Source: Abditibacterium sp.
Lineage (GTDB): Bacteria > Armatimonadota > Abditibacteriia > Abditibacteriales > Abditibacteriaceae
Direction: 5' to 3'
NCBI GenBank assembly: GCA_965246885.1
Contig: OZ251992.1
Coordinates: 608,001 to 672,000, forward strand
DNA length: 64,000 bases
Shown here: positions 35,970 through 44,740 of the stretch, piece by piece
How positions within the stretch are numbered: the first letter of the stretch is position 1
How the letters are laid out: every line of letters begins with the position of its first letter
Translations under genes and position numbers: made by a program
The notes under the pieces: generated by a model
The model's input: the letters and a program-made list of their open reading frames with translations, nothing else
What the model was told of the DNA's origin: nothing
Database searches by the model: none

Positions 35970-36068
35970 GGAATCCCCTTTATTTTGCGTGTCGCCCGCC
36001 CGTTCTACAAGGAGCTTTGGGCAGATGGCGCGGCGCGGGGGCGGCCAAAAAGTCACACTTGAAGCCTG

Positions 36069-36518
36069 ATGGGAAAAATTTTAGTTGCCGATGACGAAGA
36101 TGATGTGCGCTTTTCGCTGGAGCGGCGCTTGCGCCGCGACGGGCACTCCGTCACCATCGCCGCCTCGCAAGCGCAGGCCAGCCAAGCCATCGAGGATGCG
36201 CCCGTGCCTTTCGATGTCGTCCTCACCGATATGCTGATGGAATCGGCGGCGTCGGGCGTCGAAGTGCTCAAGTCCGCTTTGGCACGCGACGTGTTCACCG
36301 AAGTCGTGGTCTTGACCGCTTACGGCAACGTCGCCAACGCCGTCGAGTGCATGAAAATGGGCGCTTTCGATTACGTCGAAAAGAACATCCCCGGTGTGGA
36401 CGTCTACGAACTGGTCTCGATTAAAATCGAACAAGCCCTGGAGCGGCGCCGTTCCAGCTTGGCAACGGTGCGCCGCCTTGAATCGTTCGCTAAAGTGCGC
36501 GAAATGAACCGCGACTAA
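36069..36518 (+). CDS. Receiver-domain response regulator (NtrC-like REC, no output domain)
   Basis: ILVADDE, VLTDMLM, LTAYGN, GAFDYVEK. Confidence 0.9.
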   Translation: MGKILVADDEDDVRFSLERRLRRDGHSVTIAASQAQASQAIEDAPVPFDVVLTDMLMESAASGVEVLKSALARDVFTEVVVLTAYGNVANAVECMKMGAFDYVEKNIPGVDVYELVSIKIEQALERRRSSLATVRRLESFAKVREMNRD

Positions 36519-36527
36519 CTGCTTGTT

Positions 36528-36944
36528 ATGGAATTCCACTTCGGAGACCGCGTCGAAATCGGCGGGCGCACCATGCTCGGCCCCGGTTTTTCGCTCGTCG
36601 GCTTGGCGGGCATGGTGATTTTCCCGACCGCTCCCGGCGCGCCCGCCGGATGCCTGTCCGTCGCCGTTGATTGGAAGGGCTTCAACTACACCCCCGAAAC
36701 CGGCTACGCCGAAGGCTCGCTCCCGCCGGTTGTCAACGTGCCCGCCGAACACCTGTTCCTGCTCGAACCCAACCCCACCGAATACGGCGTCAAGTTGCCC
36801 ACCCTCCAGCCCGACCCCAACGCGCCGCCCAAACCGCAGTTGGGCATCGTGCACGGCGACAAAGACCCCGCCGAAGCCCCGCCCCTCCCCACCGATGCAG
36901 ATGAGGAGGACGAACCGCCCCGCCCGAAACTGCGGTTGGTGTAA
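36528..36944 (+). CDS. Hypothetical protein with Pro/acidic tail ending RPKLRLV
   Basis: 138-aa ORF, 9 nt after the REC gene; SH3-like N-terminus (FHFGDRVEI). Confidence 0.7.
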   Translation: MEFHFGDRVEIGGRTMLGPGFSLVGLAGMVIFPTAPGAPAGCLSVAVDWKGFNYTPETGYAEGSLPPVVNVPAEHLFLLEPNPTEYGVKLPTLQPDPNAPPKPQLGIVHGDKDPAEAPPLPTDADEEDEPPRPKLRLV

Positions 36945-36953
36945 GGTCGTGAT

Positions 36954-38126
36954 TTAAACCCCCTGCGCCCGCGCTGGCCTTGTGCCCACGTTCACCGTGT
37001 AGTCCTTTGTCGCGCCGTTTGCCCACACCTTCAGCTTGAGTGGAGCGCCGGGTTTGAGGTTTGCGACGAGGTTGCGCAGTTCGCCGGGGGAGTCAATGGG
37101 CGTGTCGTTAGCGCTCAGGATGACGTCCGTTCCACCTTCGCTCCATTCAACTTTGGCGCCGGGAGCTTGCGGATACACGCCCGTCACCAGGACGCCGCCT
37201 TGGTTGCCCACGCCCAGTTGGTCGGCGAGGTCGCCGGTGAGCGGCTCGACGACCACGCCCAGCCAGCCGCGCGTGACGCGGCCCGTCGTTTGGAGTTGCG
37301 CGGCGATGGAGCGCACGAGGTTGGAAGGAATCGCCAAGCCGATGCCCTGATTGCCGCCGCTTTCGCTGAGAATGGCGGTGTTGATGCCGACCACGTCGCC
37401 GTTGATGTCCACGAGGGCGCCGCCGGAGTTGCCGGGGTTAATCGCCGCGTCGGTTTGCAGGAAGTCTTCATAGGCCGAAATGCCCAAGTCGCGCCGCCCT
37501 TTCGCCGAAATGATGCCCTGCGTGACAGTCGAGGCGAGGTTGAACGGGCTACCGACAGCCAGCACGATGTCGCCCACGTTTGCTTTGTCCGAGTCCACGA
37601 ACTTCAGCGTCGGGAGGTTGGGCGCGTCTATCTTGAGGACGGCGACATCGGATGCGGGGTCGGTGCCCAAAAGCTTGGCAGGGAAGCGGCGCCGGTCGGG
37701 AAGCGTCACGGTCAATTGCGTGGCCCCGCCTGCGACGTGGTTGTTGGTGATGATGAGACCTTTGGCGTCTATGATGACGCCGGAGCCGATGCTTTGGGAT
37801 TTCTGGTCGGGTTCGCGCAGCATGCGCCCGCCAAAGGAGCCGTCGTCGAACAGGCCGCCGCCAAAGGGGTCTTGGTACACGCGGCCCGGTTGGACTTTAA
37901 CGGCTTGGATGTTGACGACGGCGGGGGTGACTTTGGCGGCGATTTGCGCGTAGGTGGCGGAAAGTCCCGCTAAGTCGGCGGCGGTGCGAATCGGGACGCT
38001 TTGCCCTTGCGCCAAAGCGTTGGGTTGGATGGGGTTTTGGGGGGCGGCGTGTTGGAAGCATGCGCCCGCGCCAAAGGCGATGCCCGCCGCACCGACGCAA
38101 AGCGGTAACCAGTTGGAATTCTTCAT
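36954..38126 (-). CDS. HtrA/DegQ-family serine protease with PDZ domain
   Basis: [37 protein letters not shown]. Confidence 0.95.
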   Translation of the reverse strand: MKNSNWLPLCVGAAGIAFGAGACFQHAAPQNPIQPNALAQGQSVPIRTAADLAGLSATYAQIAAKVTPAVVNIQAVKVQPGRVYQDPFGGGLFDDGSFGGRMLREPDQKSQSIGSGVIIDAKGLIITNNHVAGGATQLTVTLPDRRRFPAKLLGTDPASDVAVLKIDAPNLPTLKFVDSDKANVGDIVLAVGSPFNLASTVTQGIISAKGRRDLGISAYEDFLQTDAAINPGNSGGALVDINGDVVGINTAILSESGGNQGIGLAIPSNLVRSIAAQLQTTGRVTRGWLGVVVEPLTGDLADQLGVGNQGGVLVTGVYPQAPGAKVEWSEGGTDVILSANDTPIDSPGELRNLVANLKPGAPLKLKVWANGATKDYTVNVGTRPARAQGV

Positions 38127-38195
38127 GGAGTGGCGCCTCATTTGCGCGCATTTGGTGCCGAAACCTTCTCCTTCGGAGAAGAAAAGGAAATTACA

Positions 38196-38801
38196 ATGGC
38201 TTTTGAATTACCCGCCTTGCCCTACGACTACGCCGCTTTGGAGCCGACTATCTCGGCGGAAACCATGACCCTGCACCACGACAAGCACCACGCCGCTTAC
38301 GTCAACAACCTCAACGCCGCCATCGAGAAGGCGCCCGAACTCGCCGGGAAGTCCGTCGAGGAACTCGTCAAAGACTTAAACGCCGTTCCCGAAGCCGTGC
38401 GCGCGGCGGTGCGCAACAACGGCGGCGGCCATCTCAACCACACCATGTTCTGGGAACTGATGACCCCCGGCGGCGCGACCGCGCCTTCCGGTGCCCTGTT
38501 GGAAGCCATCAATGCCGCGTTTGGCTCCTTGGATGAACTCAAAAAGCAGTTCAACGCGGCAGGCGTGGCGCGCTTCGGGTCGGGTTGGGCGTGGCTCGTC
38601 AAAGACGGCGGCGGCAAGTTGTCCATCGTTTCGACGCCCAACCAAGACAACCCCCTCGCCGACGGCCACACGCCCATCTTGGGCAACGATGTGTGGGAGC
38701 ACGCCTACTACGTGGACTACCGCAACCTGCGCCCGAAGTATTTGGAAGCGTGGTGGAGCGTCGTCAACTGGGATAAAGTCGCCACCAACTTCGGCAAGTG
38801 A
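38196..38801 (+). CDS. sodA: Superoxide dismutase, Mn-type
   Basis: [36 protein letters not shown]. Confidence 0.96.
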   Translation: MAFELPALPYDYAALEPTISAETMTLHHDKHHAAYVNNLNAAIEKAPELAGKSVEELVKDLNAVPEAVRAAVRNNGGGHLNHTMFWELMTPGGATAPSGALLEAINAAFGSLDELKKQFNAAGVARFGSGWAWLVKDGGGKLSIVSTPNQDNPLADGHTPILGNDVWEHAYYVDYRNLRPKYLEAWWSVVNWDKVATNFGK

Positions 38802-38877
38802 ACCATTGCCTGCAAGTAAATCAATGCCTTGGGGAAGCGGCGCACCGTCGCGCCGCTTCCCACCAATACCCCTTCTC

Positions 38878-39075
38878 ATGCCCTTCGTTAACTTCCTCCT
38901 GCGCCGCCTGCTGACGGGCATCCTCGCGCGCGCCTTTTCCAATTTTCTGGTGAAGCGATTCAAGCTGTCGCCCGGCGCGGCGAACCTCATCTTCGTGGTG
39001 CTGGCGGAACTGCTGGCGCGCGGGACGGAAAAACCGACCGCGCCGGGTCGCGGTTTCCACTTCGGACGGCGCTAA
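38878..39075 (+). CDS. Small hypothetical amphipathic protein (65 aa)
   Basis: ATG-started ORF filling the gap, genome-like codon usage. Confidence 0.5.
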   Translation: MPFVNFLLRRLLTGILARAFSNFLVKRFKLSPGAANLIFVVLAELLARGTEKPTAPGRGFHFGRR

Positions 39076-39131
39076 AGGGCGCCGATGCCCGGCGCGGCGC
39101 CAATGGCGAAAGACGTGTTTACCCCCCGCTC

Positions 39132-40379
39132 ATGCAACAAACCGAAGCCTCTCACCCCGCGTCCGCGACTGACTCGCTCGCCGCCTTGGATACCCTGCGC
39201 GCGGGCATTCTCGCCCAAGCAACCGAAACCGAGTCCGTGCGGCAGGAACTCGACGCCGCCCGCGCTCGTTTGGCCGAAGTGGAAGGCGCGCACGAGGAAG
39301 CGCGGAGTGAAAACGCGCGTCTGAGTGGGCAACTCGTGCAAGTGACCCGCAAGCTCGATAACGCCCGCGAGCGCAACCGCGACTTGCACGAGCAACTCCT
39401 CGACTTCTACGCCGAACTGCGCGCCGCCGACCTGCCCCACCTTGCGCTCCGCTTAGCGGCGGGCATCACCGGCGCCGAATCGGGCTTGTTCACCCAAGCT
39501 GACGGGAGCGGCACGCTCGCCACCTTCCACTTGTCCGACATGGAAGAGTTCCTCGTCAACGCGCTTTACGATTATTCGCGCCGCGCGGCGGACGCGGGAG
39601 AACCCATCGTCGAAAACGACCCCAAGAAGTTGCCCGATGGCGCGGGTCTGGTCAACCTCGCCGCTTTGCCCGTCGCTGCCAAGGGCGAACTGCGCGGCGT
39701 CTTGCTGCTGTGTAACAAGCGGTCGGGCGCCTTTGATGACGACGACACGCGCACCCTGCTCGCCATCGGCCAACACGCGGGCTTGGCGATGGAAAACGCG
39801 CGCTTGCACTCGGAACTCAACGAAGCCTACGCCGCCACCATCGCCGTCCTCGCCGACGCCATCGAAGCCAAAGACGCGTACACGCGCGGTCACTGCGAGG
39901 GCGTGTCCCGCTTGGCGGTTGAAGTCGGGCGCCGCCTCAACCTGAGCGAAGAGCAACTGCGCAACGCCCGCTACGCCGCCCTGCTTCACGACATCGGCAA
40001 GATTGGCGTGCCCGATGGTATCCTCTTCAAGCCCACTAAGCTGATGCCCGAAGAGTTCGCCATCATCCAAAAACACCCGCAGATTGGCCGCGACCTCGTG
40101 GCCCGCGTCGCGGCCTTAAATGGCCTGTCCGATGTCATCTTGCACCACCACGAGAAGTGGGACGGCTCCGGCTACCCCGACGGTTTGGCGGGCGAGGGCA
40201 TCCCGCTTCTGGCGCGCATCGTGGGCGCCGTTGACGCCTTCGACGCCATGACCACGCCGCGCCCCTACCGTGAACCCGTCGCCCACAACGAAGCCATCGC
40301 CGAAATGCGGCGCTGCGCCGGAAGCCAGTTCGATCCTCAAGTCGTCGAACTCGTCGCCCAAATCGTCAGCGCCAACTGA
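39132..40379 (+). CDS. Coiled-coil + GAF + HD-GYP phosphodiesterase
   Basis: KDAYTRGH, LLHDIGKIG, HHHEKWDGSGYP, DAFDAMT..RPYR. Confidence 0.93.
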   Translation: MQQTEASHPASATDSLAALDTLRAGILAQATETESVRQELDAARARLAEVEGAHEEARSENARLSGQLVQVTRKLDNARERNRDLHEQLLDFYAELRAADLPHLALRLAAGITGAESGLFTQADGSGTLATFHLSDMEEFLVNALYDYSRRAADAGEPIVENDPKKLPDGAGLVNLAALPVAAKGELRGVLLLCNKRSGAFDDDDTRTLLAIGQHAGLAMENARLHSELNEAYAATIAVLADAIEAKDAYTRGHCEGVSRLAVEVGRRLNLSEEQLRNARYAALLHDIGKIGVPDGILFKPTKLMPEEFAIIQKHPQIGRDLVARVAALNGLSDVILHHHEKWDGSGYPDGLAGEGIPLLARIVGAVDAFDAMTTPRPYREPVAHNEAIAEMRRCAGSQFDPQVVELVAQIVSAN

Positions 40380-40394
40380 ATTAAACTGGGCGCT

Positions 40395-41051
40395 ATGAGC
40401 GCCCAACGCAAAGCCGACCACTTCGTTTCCCTCGACGAGTACTACGATTTGTTGCTTCACGGCGACATCAAATACGAACGCTTCAACGGGCACATCTGGC
40501 CCGTCGGCAACCCCGACAACTCGCCCAAACTGATGGCGGGCGCCCAGCCCGACCACAACCGCATCAAGAACAACGTCGAAACCAAGCTTTCCGCGCAACT
40601 CGACGGCACGCCGTGCGAGGTCATGTCCGGCGACCAACAAGTCCGCATCGAAGACTCCGGCCTCAACGCTTTTCCAGACCTGATCGTGGCGTGCGCCGAT
40701 GCCCGCTTCGAGAACGTGCGCGGCTTGGGCACGCTGTTCAATCCCATCGTCATTGTCGAAATCCTGTCGCCTTCCACCGAGTCCTTCGACCGCACCGACA
40801 AATGGGCACACTACCAACGACTCGCTTCCCTGCGCGACTACGTCGTTATCTTCTCCAACCAAATGCGCGTCGAACATCATGGGCGGGAGGAGGCGGGCGC
40901 CGCGTGGACGGAAACCATCTGCTTTCGTCCCGACGAGCGCCTCGAATTGCGCGGTGTTGCGGCGAGTTTGCGCGTGGGCGATTTGTATCGGCGCGTCACG
41001 CTGTCTTCCGAGAATACGACGCGCATGCCGCGCCTTGACCTGAGCGAGTAG
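40395..41051 (+). CDS. Uma2 (DUF820) family endonuclease-fold protein
   Basis: MAGA..DHNRI, FPDLIVAC, NPIVIVEILSPSTESFDRTDK..Y. Confidence 0.9.
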   Translation: MSAQRKADHFVSLDEYYDLLLHGDIKYERFNGHIWPVGNPDNSPKLMAGAQPDHNRIKNNVETKLSAQLDGTPCEVMSGDQQVRIEDSGLNAFPDLIVACADARFENVRGLGTLFNPIVIVEILSPSTESFDRTDKWAHYQRLASLRDYVVIFSNQMRVEHHGREEAGAAWTETICFRPDERLELRGVAASLRVGDLYRRVTLSSENTTRMPRLDLSE

Positions 41052-41067
41052 CGCACACTGGCCCGCC

Positions 41068-42099
41068 ATGAATCATCACCGTTGGTTTTCTCTTGCACTC
41101 GAAGTTTCGCCCGCCGATGTGGACAACGCCTCAGCCTTTTTGCACTCGCTGGGCGCGCAAGGAGTGCAAATCGAGGACACGCAGATTCTCTTCGACCAAA
41201 GCGAGGACGCGGCCATCGTCCCGCGCGAGTCGCCGCTTGTCACCGGCTACTTCGAGATCGCGTCCGCCACGCAATTGGAAGAGCTACGGGGCGCGGTGAA
41301 CGAACCACCGGCATCGGCGAACCATTCCCACACCTCTGCCGACGACGGAACTGTGCGCGCCGACGACGGAACTGTGCGCGCCGACGACAGAACTGTGCGC
41401 GCCGATGGTTCGTTTAGGCCGGTGAACGTTCGGTGGGAAGAGATCGAGACGCAAGATTGGGCGACGAAGTGGCGCGAGAACTTCCCGCCGCTCGAAATCG
41501 GCCCGTTTCTCATTGTGCCGACATGGGAAGAGGTGCCAACCGATGCGAGCGAGCGAATAGTGTTGCGGCTCGATCCGGGGTTGGCGTTCGGGACGGGGCA
41601 ACACCCGACGACGCACCTATGCTTGGAACTGCTGGCGCAAGAACTGGAAGGGCGCGGAGAAGTGGCGCTGTTGGATGTCGGGTGTGGAAGCGGAATCCTC
41701 AGCCTCGCGGCGGCGCACTTGGGCGCGCGGGTAGTGGCGTCCGACTTGGACTTGTGGTGCGTCGAAGCCACGCGCGAGAACGCGCAGTTAAATGGTGTGT
41801 CTGAGCGCGTCGAGGCGAAACTGGTCGCCGATTTGGAGTGGGTCAAAGCGCCGTTTCCCTTCGTCGTCGCCAATCTGATGAGCGCGCTTCTTATCCGTCT
41901 GGCGCCCGATTTGGCGCGGGCCACGCTCGAAGGCGGCACGCTGGTAGTCTCCGGCATTTCTTCGCCGCGCGCCGACGATGTCCGTGCGGCGCTCGAAGCC
42001 GTTGGGTTTACGACTCAAGAAAAGCGCGAGCGCGACGGCGAAACGCGCGGCGACGGCTGGATTGAGCGGTGGAGCGCGTTTGTTTTTCGCCGCGCGTAG
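41068..42099 (+). CDS. prmA: Ribosomal protein L11 methyltransferase with internal repeat insertion
   Basis: DWATKW, LDPGLAFGTGQHPTT, LDVGCGSGILS, VVANL; prmA-rsmE synteny. Confidence 0.93.
   Translation: MNHHRWFSLALEVSPADVDNASAFLHSLGAQGVQIEDTQILFDQSEDAAIVPRESPLVTGYFEIASATQLEELRGAVNEPPASANHSHTSADDGTVRADDGTVRADDRTVRADGSFRPVNVRWEEIETQDWATKWRENFPPLEIGPFLIVPTWEEVPTDASERIVLRLDPGLAFGTGQHPTTHLCLELLAQELEGRGEVALLDVGCGSGILSLAAAHLGARVVASDLDLWCVEATRENAQLNGVSERVEAKLVADLEWVKAPFPFVVANLMSALLIRLAPDLARATLEGGTLVVSGISSPRADDVRAALEAVGFTTQEKRERDGETRGDGWIERWSAFVFRRA
41299..41414. repeat. In-frame 21-bp tandem repeat element with terminal inverted repeats inside prmA
   Basis: gccgacgacggaactgtgcgc x3 (41338-41400); ends aacgaaccaccggc / gccgatggttcgtt (13/14 complementary). 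Confidence 0.85.
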
Positions 42100-42170
42100 G
42101 GACGCTGCTTGCCGCGTCCTCTTTGTCTGTTACAATTTGCACGGACGGAGCAAGCGCCGTCCCTACGCCC

Positions 42171-42959
42171 ATGCCCCGCCTTTACCTGTCCCCCGACATC
42201 CTTGACCTCGCTTTGGCGGGCGAGGAGTTTGACCTCGACGCCGAGTCCAGCAAGAAAATCGCACGCGTGCTGCGCATGAGCGCTGGCGAAACCTTCGTCG
42301 GTTTTTCCGGCTTCGGGCGCGAGTGGGAGTGCGCCATCACCGCCATTGAAGCCGACGGCAAGCCGCGCGTCAAGGCGGTGTTGATGGGCGAGCGCGACGT
42401 TGAGCGACTGGAGCGGGTGCGCATCTCCATCGCCCAAGCCATTCCCAAGGGCGACAAGATGGACTTGGTTCTTCAAAAGGGAACCGAGATAGGCGTCGCC
42501 GAATTTTACCCGTTTGACGCGGAAAGAAGTGTCGCGCGCCTCGACCCCGATGCCGATTATGAACGCTCCGTCGCGCGCGCGGGGCGCTACCGCAAAATCG
42601 TCGAAGGCGCCGCCGCACAATCGGGCCGCGCCGACGTGCCGGTCGTGCACGCCATCTCCGACTTTTCCACTGCCGTTGCAACCGGCACGGGCGAAGGCGT
42701 CGCTTTCCTGTTGGATGAGGGCGACGACGCCCTCAGTCTACGCGAAGTTTTGAAGCGCGACCCCATTGAGTGGAGCGACGAGTTCCCGCCCAAAGTGATG
42801 CTCCTCATTGGGCCAGAAGGCGGCTGGTCGCCGCGCGAGCGCGAGTGGGCCGACCGCTACGGCGCCGTCGCCGTCAGCTTGGGGCGCCGCATTTTGCGAA
42901 CCGAAACCGCAGCTCTGGTCGCGGCGGCCATATTGAAATGGGAAGCGGGGGAAATCTAA
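42171..42959 (+). CDS. rsmE: 16S rRNA m3U1498 methyltransferase
   Basis: RVLRM, KGDKMDLVLQKGTEIGV, IGPEGG, SLGRRILRTETA. Confidence 0.95.
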   Translation: MPRLYLSPDILDLALAGEEFDLDAESSKKIARVLRMSAGETFVGFSGFGREWECAITAIEADGKPRVKAVLMGERDVERLERVRISIAQAIPKGDKMDLVLQKGTEIGVAEFYPFDAERSVARLDPDADYERSVARAGRYRKIVEGAAAQSGRADVPVVHAISDFSTAVATGTGEGVAFLLDEGDDALSLREVLKRDPIEWSDEFPPKVMLLIGPEGGWSPREREWADRYGAVAVSLGRRILRTETAALVAAAILKWEAGEI

Positions 42960-43787
42960 GTGACCGCCGAACCCGCGCCCAACGTTCCCACCCGCGCCGC
43001 CGTGCGTCGCGTCAACGCTCTGCTGGTCGAAAAGTTCGGCACGCGCACCGTCCACACGCGCGACCCGCTCGACGGGCTAATCCTTATCATCCTCTCGCAA
43101 GCGACTAACGACGTGAACTGCGACCGCGCGTTTTCCGGCCTCAAAGCCGCCTTCCCGACGTGGGACGCCTGCCTCGGTGCCACCGTTTCCGCCGTCGCTG
43201 ATGCCATCCGCTCCGGCGGCTTGGCCAACCAAAAGGCGGCGCGGATTCGGCAACTGTTGCGCGAAATCCAAGCCGAGCGCGGCAGCCTCGACCTCGGCTT
43301 TCTCCATGCGCTTCCCGCCCGCGACTGCGAAGCGTATTTGAGCAAGTTTCACGGCGTCGGGCCGAAGACCGTCGCTTGCGTGCTGGTCTTCTTCCTCGAT
43401 AAACCCGCTTTTCCCGTCGACACGCACGTTTTCCGCATTTGCAAGCGCTTGGGCTGGATTCGCCCCAAAGCCAATCCCGACGAGGCGCACCGCGTGCTAC
43501 ATGACCTCGTTCCCGATGACTGTAAGCTCGATTTGCACGTCAACCTCATCGCGCATGGGCGCCTGACCTGCCGCGCCGATGGCAACGGCGGCCCCAAGTG
43601 CGGCGAGTGCCCGCTTAAAAAGCTGTGCGCTTTCGGACGCCCGCTCAAAATCGCGCCGGGAGAAGCGGTCGTCGCGCAGGGCAAGCGCGACCCCGATTTC
43701 TTCGTGACCATCAAAGCCAGGCGCGACGTGAAAAGCGTGGACGGCGTCGAAGAAGTCGCGGGCCAAACGCAGAGAAAGGGAGCGTGA
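42960..43787 (+). CDS. nth: Endonuclease III-family HhH-GPD glycosylase
   Basis: ILSQATND, GVGPKT, FPVDTHV, C-X9-C-X2-C-X5-C Fe-S motif. Confidence 0.85.
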   Translation: MTAEPAPNVPTRAAVRRVNALLVEKFGTRTVHTRDPLDGLILIILSQATNDVNCDRAFSGLKAAFPTWDACLGATVSAVADAIRSGGLANQKAARIRQLLREIQAERGSLDLGFLHALPARDCEAYLSKFHGVGPKTVACVLVFFLDKPAFPVDTHVFRICKRLGWIRPKANPDEAHRVLHDLVPDDCKLDLHVNLIAHGRLTCRADGNGGPKCGECPLKKLCAFGRPLKIAPGEAVVAQGKRDPDFFVTIKARRDVKSVDGVEEVAGQTQRKGA

Positions 43788-43807
43788 TATACCTCTAAAG
43801 ACTTTTT

Positions 43808-44683
43808 ATGAGACCCCCTCTGAGCCGTCGGAGATTTTTGCAAACCATCGCTGTGTTCCCCCTCGTCGCCACAACGGAAGAGGCATGGGCACACACGAGC
43901 GCAGCTTCGGCTCTATCGCGTCTGGAATCTTCTTTTGCAGGGCGATTGGGCGTTTTCGCGCTGGATATGGCGAACGGGAAAGAACTGCGCTTTCGCGCGG
44001 GCGAACCGTTCGCCCTGTGTAGCACGTTTAAGATAATGCTGGTCGGGGCCATTTTGCATCGCAGCGCGAGGGATGCTGGGCTGCTACACCGTCAAATCTC
44101 CTTTGCGGCGGGTGACATTTTGCCCAACTCGCCGCAAACGAAAAAGCACATAGGTGGGGGGATGACCGTCGCGGGGTTATGCGGCGCCGCGCTTCAATAC
44201 AGCGACAATACCGCCGCCAATCTTCTGTTGCAACTTGTGGGCGGCCCAGCGGCCGTGACCTCTTTCGCGCGTTCGATTGGCGACTGCGAGTTCCGCTTAG
44301 ACCGGCGCGAAACCGACCTGAACAGCGCGGTGCCGGGAGATGTACGGGACACTTCTACGCCGCAAGCGATGGGGCACACCCTCGCCAACCTCACTTTGCG
44401 CGGTGCACTGGGCGGGCCGGAACGCGCACATTTGACCGCATGGTTGAAAGGAAATACGACAGGCGCTACCCGCATCCGCGCCGGTATCCCCACGAACTGG
44501 CAGGTTGGTGATAAGACCGGAAGCGGCGATTATGGAACAGCCAACGATGTCGCGGTTTTATGGCCCCCACGCCGCTCCCCCTTTGTTCTGGCTATCTACA
44601 CCACGCAGACAACTAAGAACGCCGCCGCGCGCAGTGACATCGTGGCCGCCGCCACTCGCATAGTCGTGGACTGGCTCAGTTAG
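43808..44683 (+). CDS. bla: Class A beta-lactamase with Tat signal
   Basis: SRRRFL leader, STFK, SDN, ETDLN (E166/N170), KTG. Confidence 0.95.
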   Translation: MRPPLSRRRFLQTIAVFPLVATTEEAWAHTSAASALSRLESSFAGRLGVFALDMANGKELRFRAGEPFALCSTFKIMLVGAILHRSARDAGLLHRQISFAAGDILPNSPQTKKHIGGGMTVAGLCGAALQYSDNTAANLLLQLVGGPAAVTSFARSIGDCEFRLDRRETDLNSAVPGDVRDTSTPQAMGHTLANLTLRGALGGPERAHLTAWLKGNTTGATRIRAGIPTNWQVGDKTGSGDYGTANDVAVLWPPRRSPFVLAIYTTQTTKNAAARSDIVAAATRIVVDWLS

Positions 44684-44740
44684 GGCAAAGCCACCCGTGC
44701 CTTTGCGAGAAATGGTTGTTTCCATAAACTGCGCGTTCTG

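Noticed and set aside
40395..41051. Uma2 protein as part of a restriction/defence system
   Set aside because: Solitary member of a commonly expanded family, with no methylase or partner gene adjacent.
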